A stretch of 64,000 bases of DNA from Anaeromyxobacteraceae bacterium (GTDB lineage: Bacteria; Myxococcota; Myxococcia; Myxococcales; Anaeromyxobacteraceae). How positions within the stretch are numbered: the stretch's first letter is position 1; each line of letters starts with the position of its first letter. The notes beneath the pieces are model-generated. The model ran no database searches. It saw nothing but the letters and a program-made list of their open reading frames with translations, and was not told the origin of the DNA. The stretch lies in NCBI GenBank assembly GCA_032654565.1, contig JAULAX010000018.1, forward strand, positions 416,001-480,000. Reading direction: 5' to 3'. Both the position numbers and the translations under genes were made by a program. Shown in pieces: positions 9,696-18,049 of this stretch.

Positions 9696-10175
9696 ATGAC
9701 GCCCGTCCCCGCATCGGCCTCCCACGTCGAGATGACCCAGCTGGTGATGCCGAGCCACGCCAACTCACACGGCACCGCCTTCGGCGGCACGGTGATGGCC
9801 TGGACCGACCTGGCCGCCGGCATGGCGGCCATGCGCCACGCCCGGCTCCCGGTGGTCACCGCCTCCATCGACCAGCTGGTCTTCCGCTCGCCGGTCCGCA
9901 TCGGCCAGATCGCCCTGGTGCGGGCCCAGGTCAACGCCGTCTTCGCCACCTCCATGGAGGTGGGAGTGGTGGTGCTGACCGAGGAGCCGCTCACCGGGGA
10001 GCAGCACCTCTGCTGCGAGGCCTTCCTGACGTTCGTGGCGCTGGGGCCCGACCAGCACCCCCGGCCGGTGGCGCCGCTGCGGGCCGAGACCGAGCTGGAG
10101 CAGCAGCGTCAGCGCGAGGCGGGCACGCGGCGGGCCGCCCGGCTCGAGCTGCGCGAGACGCTGAAGGGGAGGTAG
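9696..10175 (+). CDS. Acyl-CoA thioesterase (hotdog fold, YciA-like)
   Basis: VMPSHANSHGTAFGG, VVTASID, TSMEVGV, FLTFVAL; alternative start 9687. Confidence 0.88.
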   Translation: MTPVPASASHVEMTQLVMPSHANSHGTAFGGTVMAWTDLAAGMAAMRHARLPVVTASIDQLVFRSPVRIGQIALVRAQVNAVFATSMEVGVVVLTEEPLTGEQHLCCEAFLTFVALGPDQHPRPVAPLRAETELEQQRQREAGTRRAARLELRETLKGR

Positions 10176-10189
10176 GGAGGCGCCGGGCC

Positions 10190-10732
10190 CTAGGGTCGCG
10201 GCCGCTCGACCTCGGCCTTGAGCGAGGCCAGGCCCCGCTCGAAGTCGGGCCCGATCATCTTGTCCATGTCCATGAAGACCGACATGGCGCGGGCCACCAG
10301 GCCGTTGGTGCCCGTCATGAGCCAGGTGACGCGGGAGCCCACGCCCTCGGGGACGACGACGAAGGAGGTCTCGCTGGTCGACTCGTAGGGGCGCAGGAAC
10401 TCCAGCTTGATGACCACCCTGGCCCCCGGGGTCGCCTCGACGATGGTCATGCGGCCGGCGCCGACCTTGTCGTCGCCGCTCCAGGTGGAGACGGCGCCGA
10501 CGCCCTGGCCGATCACGGTGGTCTTCTGGTTCGGGTCGAGCCTGGCCCAGGGGGACCAGCGCGCCCAGCGGTGGAGGTCGACGACCGCGGCGTAGACCTC
10601 GGCGGCGGGGGCCGAGATGGCGGCGGAGCGCTCCACCCGGTAGGTGGCGGGGCGGGTGGCGGCGACGGCCACCACCAGCAGCGGGACGGCGATGAAGACG
10701 GAGAGGATGGCGAGGATGAGCTTCTTGAGCAC
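10190..10732 (-). CDS. SRPBCC / polyketide cyclase family protein with N-terminal TM
   Basis: VERSAAI, WSPW, VGAGRMTI, IGPDFERGLASLK pattern. Confidence 0.8.
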   Translation of the reverse strand: MLKKLILAILSVFIAVPLLVVAVAATRPATYRVERSAAISAPAAEVYAAVVDLHRWARWSPWARLDPNQKTTVIGQGVGAVSTWSGDDKVGAGRMTIVEATPGARVVIKLEFLRPYESTSETSFVVVPEGVGSRVTWLMTGTNGLVARAMSVFMDMDKMIGPDFERGLASLKAEVERPRP

Positions 10733-10761
10733 GGGGAGGCCTCCGCTGATGTTCTACGCGG

Positions 10762-11250
10762 TCAGCCCTTGCCGCGCAGGCGCAAGCAGAGCCCGCCCGA
10801 GTCGTAGTAGGTGAAGCGGACCGAGCCGGCCAGGAGGCGCATGCCGGGCTGGAGCGCCACGGCGTCGGGGCCGAGCTGGGCGTCCTCGACGGCGGAGCCG
10901 TTGGTCGAGCCGGCGTCCCGGACGGACCAGCCGAGCGGCTCGGGCTGGAGCAGCAGGTGGATGCGGGAGAGGGTGGCGTCGTCGACGACGATGTCGTTGT
11001 CGGAGGCGCGCCCGAGGGAGAGGTAGGTCCGCTGGGTGGGGGGCTCGAGCGCGATGGCGAGCGACTCACCGGCGCCATGGGGGACGCTGCCGAGGAGGCT
11101 GTCCTGGGCGAGGGTGTCCTTGGTCTGGTAGGTGGGGCGCCACGGCCCGGCCTCCCAGACCAGCCAGTCCTCCGGCCAGGCCTTGGTGAAGGCGTCGAGG
11201 GTCTGTCCCTGGGAGGCCTTGGCCAGCCAGGTCAGCAGGTATCCACGCAA
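10762..11250 (-). CDS. FHA domain protein
   Basis: LGRASDNDIVVDDATLSRIH ... DAGSTNGS; TTG start. Confidence 0.82.
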   Translation of the reverse strand: MRGYLLTWLAKASQGQTLDAFTKAWPEDWLVWEAGPWRPTYQTKDTLAQDSLLGSVPHGAGESLAIALEPPTQRTYLSLGRASDNDIVVDDATLSRIHLLLQPEPLGWSVRDAGSTNGSAVEDAQLGPDAVALQPGMRLLAGSVRFTYYDSGGLCLRLRGKG

Positions 11251-11358
11251 GGAAGTCCTCCGCCCGGGATGACAGCATAGAGAAGCGGCGGCTGTCGACT
11301 GCTACTTGCAGATCATTTCACCGCCTCCACGCCTCGGCCTGGCAGGCAGGAGGACTGA

Positions 11359-11460
11359 AGACCGCTTCCCCCGTCCCCCCCTCCCGTCCCAGAGACCGCT
11401 TCCCCCGTCCCCCCCTCCCGTCCCAGAGACCGCTTCCCCCGTCCCCCCCTCCCGTCCCAG
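11359..11460. repeat. Three perfect tandem copies of a 34-bp unit AGACCGCTTCCCCCGTCCCCCCCTCCCGTCCCAG
   Basis: Units at 11359-11392, 11393-11426 and 11427-11460, followed directly by AGTAGTTCGG. Confidence 0.95.
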
Positions 11461-11485
11461 AGTAGTTCGGCGGACCAAGGTCCGC
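11453..11485 (+). repeat. REP-like element, left of transposase (GTAG followed by hairpin)
   Basis: CGTCCCAGA-GTAG-TTCG-GCGGACC-AA-GGTCCGC, a perfect 7-bp inverted repeat. Confidence 0.65.
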
Positions 11486-11546
11486 GGGACGGCCGGGGTG
11501 GGGTGGGCGGCGGTGAGGCAAGTGGCCGGAATCGCGAGCGGAGGCA

Positions 11547-11564
11547 TTGGCACGGGTCCTGCGA
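11547..11564 (+). promoter_or_regulatory. Putative sigma54 (-24/-12) promoter of the transposase
   Basis: TTGGCACGGGTCCTGCGA: TGGCACG with GG-N10-GC spacing; GC at 11561-11562, ATG at 11579. Confidence 0.55.
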
Positions 11565-11578
11565 TGTAGCCCCAGGCC

Positions 11579-12481
11579 ATGACCGCGCCACGCCAGGTGC
11601 TCCCGGGCACCACCTACCTCATCACCCGCCGGTGCCTGAACCGGCAGTTCTTCCTGCGCCCCTCCAAGGCCACCAACCAGCTCGTCGGCTTCCTCCTCGC
11701 CGTCGCCGCCGAGCGCTTCCACGTCGAGGTCCACGCCTTCTGCGTGATGTCCAACCACCTCCACCTCGTGGTCACCGACCCCGACGCCTGCCTCCCCGCC
11801 TTCGGCAGGTTCCTCGACTCGCTCATCGGCCGCTCCATGAACGCCATGCTGGGGCGCCAGGAGTACTTCTGGGGGCCGCCCACCTTCAGCGCCGTCGCCC
11901 TGCAGTCCCCGGCCGACGTCCTCGACAAGGTCGCCTACACCCTCGCCAACCCGGTCAAGGCCGGCCTGGTCCGCCGCGGACGGCTCTGGCCGGGGCTCTG
12001 GTCCGCCCCGGACCAGATGGGCGCCGCGCCCCTCGAGTTCGCCAGGCCCTCCTCCTTCTTCCGGCGGGCCGGCCAGGGGTCCCTTCCCGACCGGGCCTCC
12101 CTGCGGCTCGTCATCCCCACGGGCTTCGACTCTCCGGCCCACTTCCGCCGCTCCCTCCACGCCGCCCTCGCCGACCGGGAGCAAGCCGCCTCTGCCCACC
12201 TCGCCTCGCGCGGGCGTGGCTTCCTCGGCGTCCAGCGCGTGCTCACACAGAGCCCCTTCGACAGGCCTCCTACCAGGGAGCCCCTCGGAGGGCTCAACCC
12301 GCGCGTCGCCAGCCACGACACCTGGCGTCGCGTCCAGGCCCTCCGCGCCCTCGGCTCCTTCATCCAGGACTACCGCCGCGCCTTCGACCGCTGGCGCGCC
12401 GGCTCCTCCGGCGTCCTCTTCCCCGCCGGCACCTATCTCATGCGCGTCCTCCACCGCGCCCCCTGCCTCGCCCCTGGCTGA
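11579..12481 (+). mobile_element. HUH/Y1 tyrosine transposase, REP-associated (RAYT/TnpA-REP-like), with C-terminal extension; no tnpB
   Basis: YLITRRC, HAFCVMSNHLHLVV (HUH), YFWG, AYTLANPVKAGLV (catalytic Tyr + NP), WSA. Confidence 0.88.
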
Positions 12482-12687
12482 CTCACCACCCCGTCAGCTT
12501 CCCCCACTCAGCCTCGTCACCACGTCAGTCGTCTCCGGCCGCGGTCGGGGACTGCCTGGGGACGGCTCTCCAGCCTGAGTCCAGGGGGTCCTCCCGCTTC
12601 GACGCCTCGGTTCAGGCGTCAGGTGGACCCTTCTGAGCGTGTTCGGGCGACGGTTCACTACCTGGCGACCCAAGTTGACCCAGCCGT

Positions 12688-12730
12688 ACCCCGCGAGCGA
12701 CTGGCGAGGTCTCAACTACTCCCGGACCGG
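12688..12730 (-). repeat. REP-like element, right of transposase, inverted relative to the left copy
   Basis: Minus strand reads CCGGTCCGGGA-GTAG-TTGAG-ACCTCGC-N9-GCGGGGT (imperfect hairpin). Confidence 0.5.
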
Positions 12731-12737
12731 TGCGGCT

Positions 12738-13460
12738 TCATCCACCCAGGTACGCCGCCTGGACCCGCGGGTCCTCGACCAGCTCCCTCGCCGCACCCTG
12801 GAGGGCCAGGCGTCCATGCTCGAGGACGTAGGCATAACTACTCTCGGACAGGGCCAGCCGGGCGTTCTGTTCGACCAGCAGGATGGTCGTCCCCTCCCGG
12901 TGGATCTCCCGGATGGTCTCGAAGATCTGCTGCACCAGGATCGGCGACAGCCCCATGGAGGGCTCATCGAGCAACATGACTCTGGGACGGGCCAGCAGGG
13001 CCCGGGCGAACGCCAGCATCTGCTGCTGGCCGCCCGACAGCGACCCCGCCAGCTGCCGCCGCCGCTCCCCGAGGATGGGGAACCGCCGGTACTGGTCCTC
13101 GATGGCCGCCGCCAGCCCGCCCGCCGGCTGGCGCAGCTCACCCGCCAGCCGCAAGTTCTCCTCGATGGTCATCCGCCCCAGGATGGCGCGCCCCTCGGGC
13201 ACCAGCGTCAGGCCCGCCGCCACCGTCCGGTGCGCCGGGAAGCCGGTCACGTCGACGCCGCCGAGCCGCACCCGCCCGGCCCGCGGCCGGACCAGCCCGG
13301 CCAGCGCCGACAGGATCGAGGTCTTGCCGGCCCCGTTCGGCCCGATCAGGGTGACGATCTCCCCCTCGCCGACCCGCAGCGACACGCCGCGCACCGCCTC
13401 GACCTGCCCGTAGGCGACGTGCAGGTCCTCCACCTCCAGCAGCGGCGCCGCGGTGCTCAT
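12738..13460 (-). CDS. livF: Branched-chain amino acid ABC transporter ATP-binding protein (LivF-like)
   Basis: GPNGAGKT, VPEGR, LSGGQQQM, LLDEPSMGL, VEQN. Confidence 0.92.
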   Translation of the reverse strand: MSTAAPLLEVEDLHVAYGQVEAVRGVSLRVGEGEIVTLIGPNGAGKTSILSALAGLVRPRAGRVRLGGVDVTGFPAHRTVAAGLTLVPEGRAILGRMTIEENLRLAGELRQPAGGLAAAIEDQYRRFPILGERRRQLAGSLSGGQQQMLAFARALLARPRVMLLDEPSMGLSPILVQQIFETIREIHREGTTILLVEQNARLALSESSYAYVLEHGRLALQGAARELVEDPRVQAAYLGG

Positions 13461-14221
13461 CGCGCGCTCCCCAGGTAGGCGGTGATCACCGCCGGGTCGG
13501 CCGCGACCGCCGCCGGGGTCCCCTCGGCGATCACCTTGCCGAAGTTGAGCACGGTGATCCGGTCGCAGACGTCCATGACCAGCCGCACGTTGTGCTCGAC
13601 CAGCAACACCGAGTGGCCCTCGGCGGCGACCTGCCGGATCAACTGCGCCACGCCCTGCACCTCGACCGGGTTCATGCCGGCGGTCGGCTCGTCGAGCAGC
13701 AGCAGCCGCGGCTCGCTGGCCAGGGCCCGGGCGATCTCCACCCGGCGCTGCTCACCGTAGGAGAGGTGGCGGGCCTCCTCGTCGACCCGCTCCGGCAGGC
13801 CGACCCGTCCCAGCAGGGCCGCGGCCCGGTCACGGGCCTCCACGGCCTCGACCCGCGCGCTGCGCAGGAGCAGCAGGCGGGCCAGCAGCGAGGGGTTCCG
13901 GCGGCGGTGCTGCCCCACCAGGACGTTGTCCCGCGCCGTCAGCTCGGGGAAGAGCCGGATGTTCTGGAAGGTCCGGGCCACGCCCATCCCGGCGATCCGG
14001 TGCGGCGGGAGGCCGGCGATGGGCAGCCCCCCCAGTTCGATGGCGCCGGCGCTGGGGGCCAGCAGCCCGGAGACCAGGTTGATGAGCGTGGTCTTGCCGG
14101 CGCCGTTCGGCCCGATCAGCCCGTGGACCGTCCCGGCCGCCACCTCGAAGCTGGCGTCGTCGACGGCGCGCACCCCGCCGAAGGTCCGCTCCACGCCGCG
14201 CAGCGAGAGCAGCGCGCTCAC
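13457..14221 (-). CDS. livG: Branched-chain amino acid ABC transporter ATP-binding protein (LivG-like)
   Basis: GPNGAGKTT, RTFQNIRLF, LSYGEQRR, LLDEPTAG; GTG start overlapping the livM stop. Confidence 0.9.
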   Translation of the reverse strand: MSALLSLRGVERTFGGVRAVDDASFEVAAGTVHGLIGPNGAGKTTLINLVSGLLAPSAGAIELGGLPIAGLPPHRIAGMGVARTFQNIRLFPELTARDNVLVGQHRRRNPSLLARLLLLRSARVEAVEARDRAAALLGRVGLPERVDEEARHLSYGEQRRVEIARALASEPRLLLLDEPTAGMNPVEVQGVAQLIRQVAAEGHSVLLVEHNVRLVMDVCDRITVLNFGKVIAEGTPAAVAADPAVITAYLGSAR

Positions 14222-15138
14222 GTCGAGGTCCCCGCTCCGGCCCGGGCCATCCGCCTGGAGCGCCGCGCCGCGCGCCGCTCCCGGAGCTGGCGAGGCAGCG
14301 AGACCAGCCCGGCCGGCAGGAAGAGGATCACCAGCAGCAGCACCAGCCCGTTGACCAGCATGCGCAGCGGCCCCGGCTCGATGCCGACCAGCGGGGCCGC
14401 CTCGCGCAGCACCTCGGGCAGCACGGTGAGGAAGCCGGCGCCGACCACCGGGCCCCAGAAGATCTGGGCGCCGCCGACCACGGCGAAGACCAGCATGTCG
14501 ACCACCCGCGAGAAGCCGAAGCCGTTGGGCGCCACCATGAAGGTGAAGTGGGCCTCCAGCCCGCCGGCCAGCCCGGCCAGCGCCGCGCCCAGCACCAGCA
14601 TCGCCAGCTTGTACCCGGTGGTGTGGATCCCCATGGTCCGGGCCGCCGGCTCGTCCTCGCGGATGGCCTCCAGGGCGAAGCCCCACTTCGACCCGCGCAC
14701 CCGCCAGAGCACGAAGAGGGTCACCGCCACCGCCAGGTAGATCATCCAGATCGAGGCCTTCTGCGGGATGGCCACGATCCCCTGCGCCCCGTTGACGTAC
14801 TCCCAGTTGACGAGGCCGAGCCGCACCACCTCGCCGAAGCCGATGGTGGCGATGGCCAGGAAGACCCCCTTGAGCCGGAGCACCGGCAGGCCGAGCGGCA
14901 CCGCCACCAGCGCCGGCAGCAGGGCCGCCACCAGCAGCGCCACCGGGAGGGGCAGGTCGGCCTTCATGGTGGCCAGGGCGCTGGCGTAGGCGCCGATGGC
15001 GGCGAAGCCGGCGCTGCCCAGCGCCAGCTGGCCACAGGAGAGCGAGACGTAGATGGAGAGCCCCAGCAGCGCGTTGATGCCGATGTAGCCGAAGGTCGAC
15101 TGGTAGGACAGGTAGAAGTCGGAGAGTTGTTCCAACAA
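14218..15138 (-). CDS. livM: Branched-chain amino acid ABC transporter permease (LivM-like)
   Basis: LRLKGVFLAIATIGFGE, AIREDEPAARTMGI, multiple TM segments. Confidence 0.9.
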   Translation of the reverse strand: MLEQLSDFYLSYQSTFGYIGINALLGLSIYVSLSCGQLALGSAGFAAIGAYASALATMKADLPLPVALLVAALLPALVAVPLGLPVLRLKGVFLAIATIGFGEVVRLGLVNWEYVNGAQGIVAIPQKASIWMIYLAVAVTLFVLWRVRGSKWGFALEAIREDEPAARTMGIHTTGYKLAMLVLGAALAGLAGGLEAHFTFMVAPNGFGFSRVVDMLVFAVVGGAQIFWGPVVGAGFLTVLPEVLREAAPLVGIEPGPLRMLVNGLVLLLVILFLPAGLVSLPRQLRERRAARRSRRMARAGAGTST

Positions 15139-15142
15139 GGGG

Positions 15143-16027
15143 TCAGGCCTCCCGGGTCACGGCGGCGCCCAGCAGGCCGCGCGGGCGCAGGACCAGGAAG
15201 AGGAAGAGCCCGGCGAAGGAGATGGCGTCGCGCCACGACCCGCCCAGGTTGGCCACCACGAAGACCTCGATGAGGCCGAGGGCGAAGCCGGCCAGCACCG
15301 CGCCCGGCATCGAGCCCATGCCGCCGAGGATGATCACCGCCAGCCCCTTCAGCTCCACGCCGCGCCCCATGTCGGGCGAGATGGAGTTGAAGGCCAGCCC
15401 GTAGAGCACGCCGGCGGCGCCGCCCAGGGCGGAGGAGATGAAGAAGGAGGCGGCGATGGCCCGGTCGACGTCGACGCCCAGCACCCGCGCCGCTCGCGGG
15501 CTCTCGGCCACCGCCCGCACCTCGCGCCCCAGCCGCGTCCGCTTCACCAGCCAGGTGAGCGCCAGGAAGAGCAGCACCGCCACGGCGATGATGGTGAGCT
15601 GCAGCCGCGAGACCGTGCCCCCGAAGAGCCGCAGCTGGTTGGCCGGCCCGTCCGGCAGCGTGCCGAACGGGAAGCGGGTGATGTTGGGCCCCCAGATCTC
15701 CAGCGCCACCGCCTCGATGATGGTGGCGGCCGCCAGCGAGCTGATCAGGCCGGAGATGTTGGAGTCGGTCCGGGCCCGCAGCGGGCGGAAGGCCACCCGC
15801 TCCAGCACCAGCCCCAGCACCCCGGCGAAGAGGACCGCCGCCGGGAGCGCCAGCAGGATGTGGAGGCCATGCCCCACCAGCGCCACGGCCACGAAGGTGG
15901 CCGCCATGAAGACGGCGGCGTGGGCCAGGTTGAGGATGTCGAGGACGCCGAAGACGAGCGTGTAGCCGAGCGCGAACAGGGCGTAGATGCTCCCCAGGAA
16001 CAGCCCGTTGATGACCTGCTGCCCCAC
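15143..16027 (-). CDS. livH: Branched-chain amino acid ABC transporter permease (LivH-like)
   Basis: NGLFLGSIYALFALGYTLVFGVLDILNLAH, ILGGMGS. Confidence 0.92.
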   Translation of the reverse strand: MGQQVINGLFLGSIYALFALGYTLVFGVLDILNLAHAAVFMAATFVAVALVGHGLHILLALPAAVLFAGVLGLVLERVAFRPLRARTDSNISGLISSLAAATIIEAVALEIWGPNITRFPFGTLPDGPANQLRLFGGTVSRLQLTIIAVAVLLFLALTWLVKRTRLGREVRAVAESPRAARVLGVDVDRAIAASFFISSALGGAAGVLYGLAFNSISPDMGRGVELKGLAVIILGGMGSMPGAVLAGFALGLIEVFVVANLGGSWRDAISFAGLFLFLVLRPRGLLGAAVTREA

Positions 16028-16045
16028 GCTCGCCTCCGGTTCCGG

Positions 16046-17167
16046 CTACAGCACGATCTGGAACTTGCCGTCCTTGACCACCTGCAGGGCGGGGTCGTGG
16101 TTGCCGTCGCGGCTCTCCAGGAAGGAGAAGGTGCCGAGCGGCGTGGCCAGCCCCTTGAGCTTGAGGAAGCCGGCGCGGACGTCGTCGCGCCCGCCCTTGC
16201 CGCCGGAGAGCTTGATGGCCTCGGCGATCACGGCCACGCCGGTCCAGGCCTGGGCGCAGAACTGGTCGGGCTCGTGGCCGCGGGCCGCCATGGTCTTGAG
16301 GAAGGCCTGGTTGGGCGCCTCGGTGCTCACCTTGTTCCAGGCGGTGCCGACGTAGACCCCCTCGGCGGCCGGGCCGGCGTTGGCGATCAGCTTCGGGCTG
16401 TTGAAGCCGTTGCCGCCGAAGATGGGCCCCTGCCAGCCGAGCTGCCGGGCCTGGGCCACGATGCCGGAGGCGTTCTCGACCAGCGCGGAGACCACCAGGA
16501 TCTCCGGCTTGGCGGCCAGCAGCGAGGTGAGCTGGGCGGTGTAGTCCTTGTCCGGCTTGGCGAAGGTCTGGGTGCCGACCACCTCGAGCTTCAGCGCCTC
16601 GACCGCGCCCTTCATGACGTTGTAGCCGGCCTGGGTGAAGGCGTCGTCGTTGCCGTAGATCATCCCGGCCTTCTTGAAGCCGAGCTTGGCCTGGAGCCGC
16701 TTGAGGGCGCCGGGGATGACCTGGCCCTCGGTCAGCGAGACCCGCCAGATGTAGTCGCCGATGTCGGTGATCCCCTTGGGCGCGGTGTTGGAGACGGCCA
16801 CCACCGGGACCTTGGCCCCCTGGGCGAGCGGATCGGCGGCGGTGGCGGTGTTGGAGAGGGTCGGGCCGATGATGGCCGAGACCTTGTGCTTGTTGATGAA
16901 GAGCTGGAAGACGGCGATGCCCTGCTCCTTGGTGGAGGCGTCGTCCTCGATTACGGCCTCCAGCTTGACGCCCTTGAGCGCGCCCGACTTGTTGATCTCC
17001 TCGACGGCGGCGAGGATGCCGGTCTTCTGCTGCGCGCCGTAGGCCGCCGCGGGGCCGGTGAGGCTGAGCGCGGCGCCGATCTTGACGACGGTCTCGGCAC
17101 GGGCGGTGCCGGTGAGCAGGAGCGAGGCGGCGGCAAAGACGAGGGAAATCCGACCTGCGATGCGCAT
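16046..17167 (-). CDS. ABC transporter substrate-binding protein (LivJ/K-like)
   Basis: Signal peptide, KIGAALSLTGPAAAYG, first gene of the liv operon. Confidence 0.88.
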   Translation of the reverse strand: MRIAGRISLVFAAASLLLTGTARAETVVKIGAALSLTGPAAAYGAQQKTGILAAVEEINKSGALKGVKLEAVIEDDASTKEQGIAVFQLFINKHKVSAIIGPTLSNTATAADPLAQGAKVPVVAVSNTAPKGITDIGDYIWRVSLTEGQVIPGALKRLQAKLGFKKAGMIYGNDDAFTQAGYNVMKGAVEALKLEVVGTQTFAKPDKDYTAQLTSLLAAKPEILVVSALVENASGIVAQARQLGWQGPIFGGNGFNSPKLIANAGPAAEGVYVGTAWNKVSTEAPNQAFLKTMAARGHEPDQFCAQAWTGVAVIAEAIKLSGGKGGRDDVRAGFLKLKGLATPLGTFSFLESRDGNHDPALQVVKDGKFQIVL

Positions 17168-17283
17168 GAGAGATCCTCCAGGCAAATGGGGTGACGAACG
17201 GTTTTCGTACGCTGCGCGCCACTTCGCCGCAAGGGGCGTGTCGTGGCGCGGTGCGGCATGGGCGGTTCCGCGAAAGGCGGCCT

Positions 17284-17368
17284 GAACTACTCTGGGAGGG
17301 AGGGCTAGGACGGAGCGCCGAACTACTCCGGGACGGGTGGCGAGAGGTTCGGCGTGAACTACTCTGGG
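17284..17368. repeat. Three 13-bp direct repeats GAACTACTCYGGG at an exact 36-bp period, with dissimilar 23-bp spacers
   Basis: Copies start at 17284, 17320 and 17356; reverse complement of the motif flanking the transposase. Confidence 0.85.
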
Positions 17369-17412
17369 TCAGGAATAAGCCCCGGAACTTCGCCAACCTG
17401 GCCCCTCAGCCG

Positions 17413-17982
17413 CTACCCCTGGAACCTTCCCTCGATGGCGATCGCCTCGAGCGGGAGCCGGTCGCTCGGCGCCTCGCGCCCGCGCAGCTTCTCCGGGAGC
17501 TCCTCGACGCGCCCCGGGTGGCCGACCGCGATCATCACCTGCGGCTCCATCCCGGCCGGGAGCGCCGCTGCCGCCCGCGCCGCCTCCCGATCGAAGCCCC
17601 CCATGGCGTGGACCACCAGCCCGGAGAGCGTCCCCTGCAGCGCCAGCCCCATCCAGGCGGCGCCCGCATCGAACGGCGCCGAGGGGGCGGCCTTGCCGTC
17701 GTCGCGCACCACCCTGGCCGAGAGCAGCAGCAACGCCCCGGCCCGCAGGCACCACTCCTGGTTGCCCGGCACCAACGCGGCCAGGTAGAGGTCGAAGTGC
17801 GGGGTGCCGGCGAGCGCGTAGGCGAAGCGCCAGGGCTGGCCGTTGCCGCCCGACGGCGCCCAGCGGGCCGCCTCGAGCAGGGGGAGGAGCTGGGCCCGGG
17901 TCAACGGCGCGCCCGACATGGCGCGCGGCGACCAGCGGCGGAGGAAGAGCGGATCGATCGGCTGGGAGGAGGTCCGGGGCAT
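17413..17982 (-). CDS. Nitroreductase family protein
   Basis: RRWSPRA, EAARWAPSGGNGQPWRF, HAMGGFD. Confidence 0.92.
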   Translation of the reverse strand: MPRTSSQPIDPLFLRRWSPRAMSGAPLTRAQLLPLLEAARWAPSGGNGQPWRFAYALAGTPHFDLYLAALVPGNQEWCLRAGALLLLSARVVRDDGKAAPSAPFDAGAAWMGLALQGTLSGLVVHAMGGFDREAARAAAALPAGMEPQVMIAVGHPGRVEELPEKLRGREAPSDRLPLEAIAIEGRFQG

Positions 17983-18049
17983 CCACCCAATCTAGCCGGG
18001 CCGCGCCGCCCCGCAACCTGCGCGGCGGGCAGCCCGGCGTGGACCGGCG

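Noticed and set aside
8760..10175. 471-aa extended thioesterase, and 963-aa extended protease at 23769-26660
   Set aside because: The extensions overlap thyX or the aminotransferase; real starts are internal (9696 and 25268)
11579..12481. IS605/IS200 element with TnpB or an RNA-guided nuclease
   Set aside because: No tnpB/RuvC ORF adjacent; protein length and the NPVKAGLV motif fit RAYT-like enzymes better
17284..17368. Bona fide CRISPR array
   Set aside because: Repeats are only 13 bp, there are three copies, and no cas genes or leader are visible; kept as a RAYT-motif array instead
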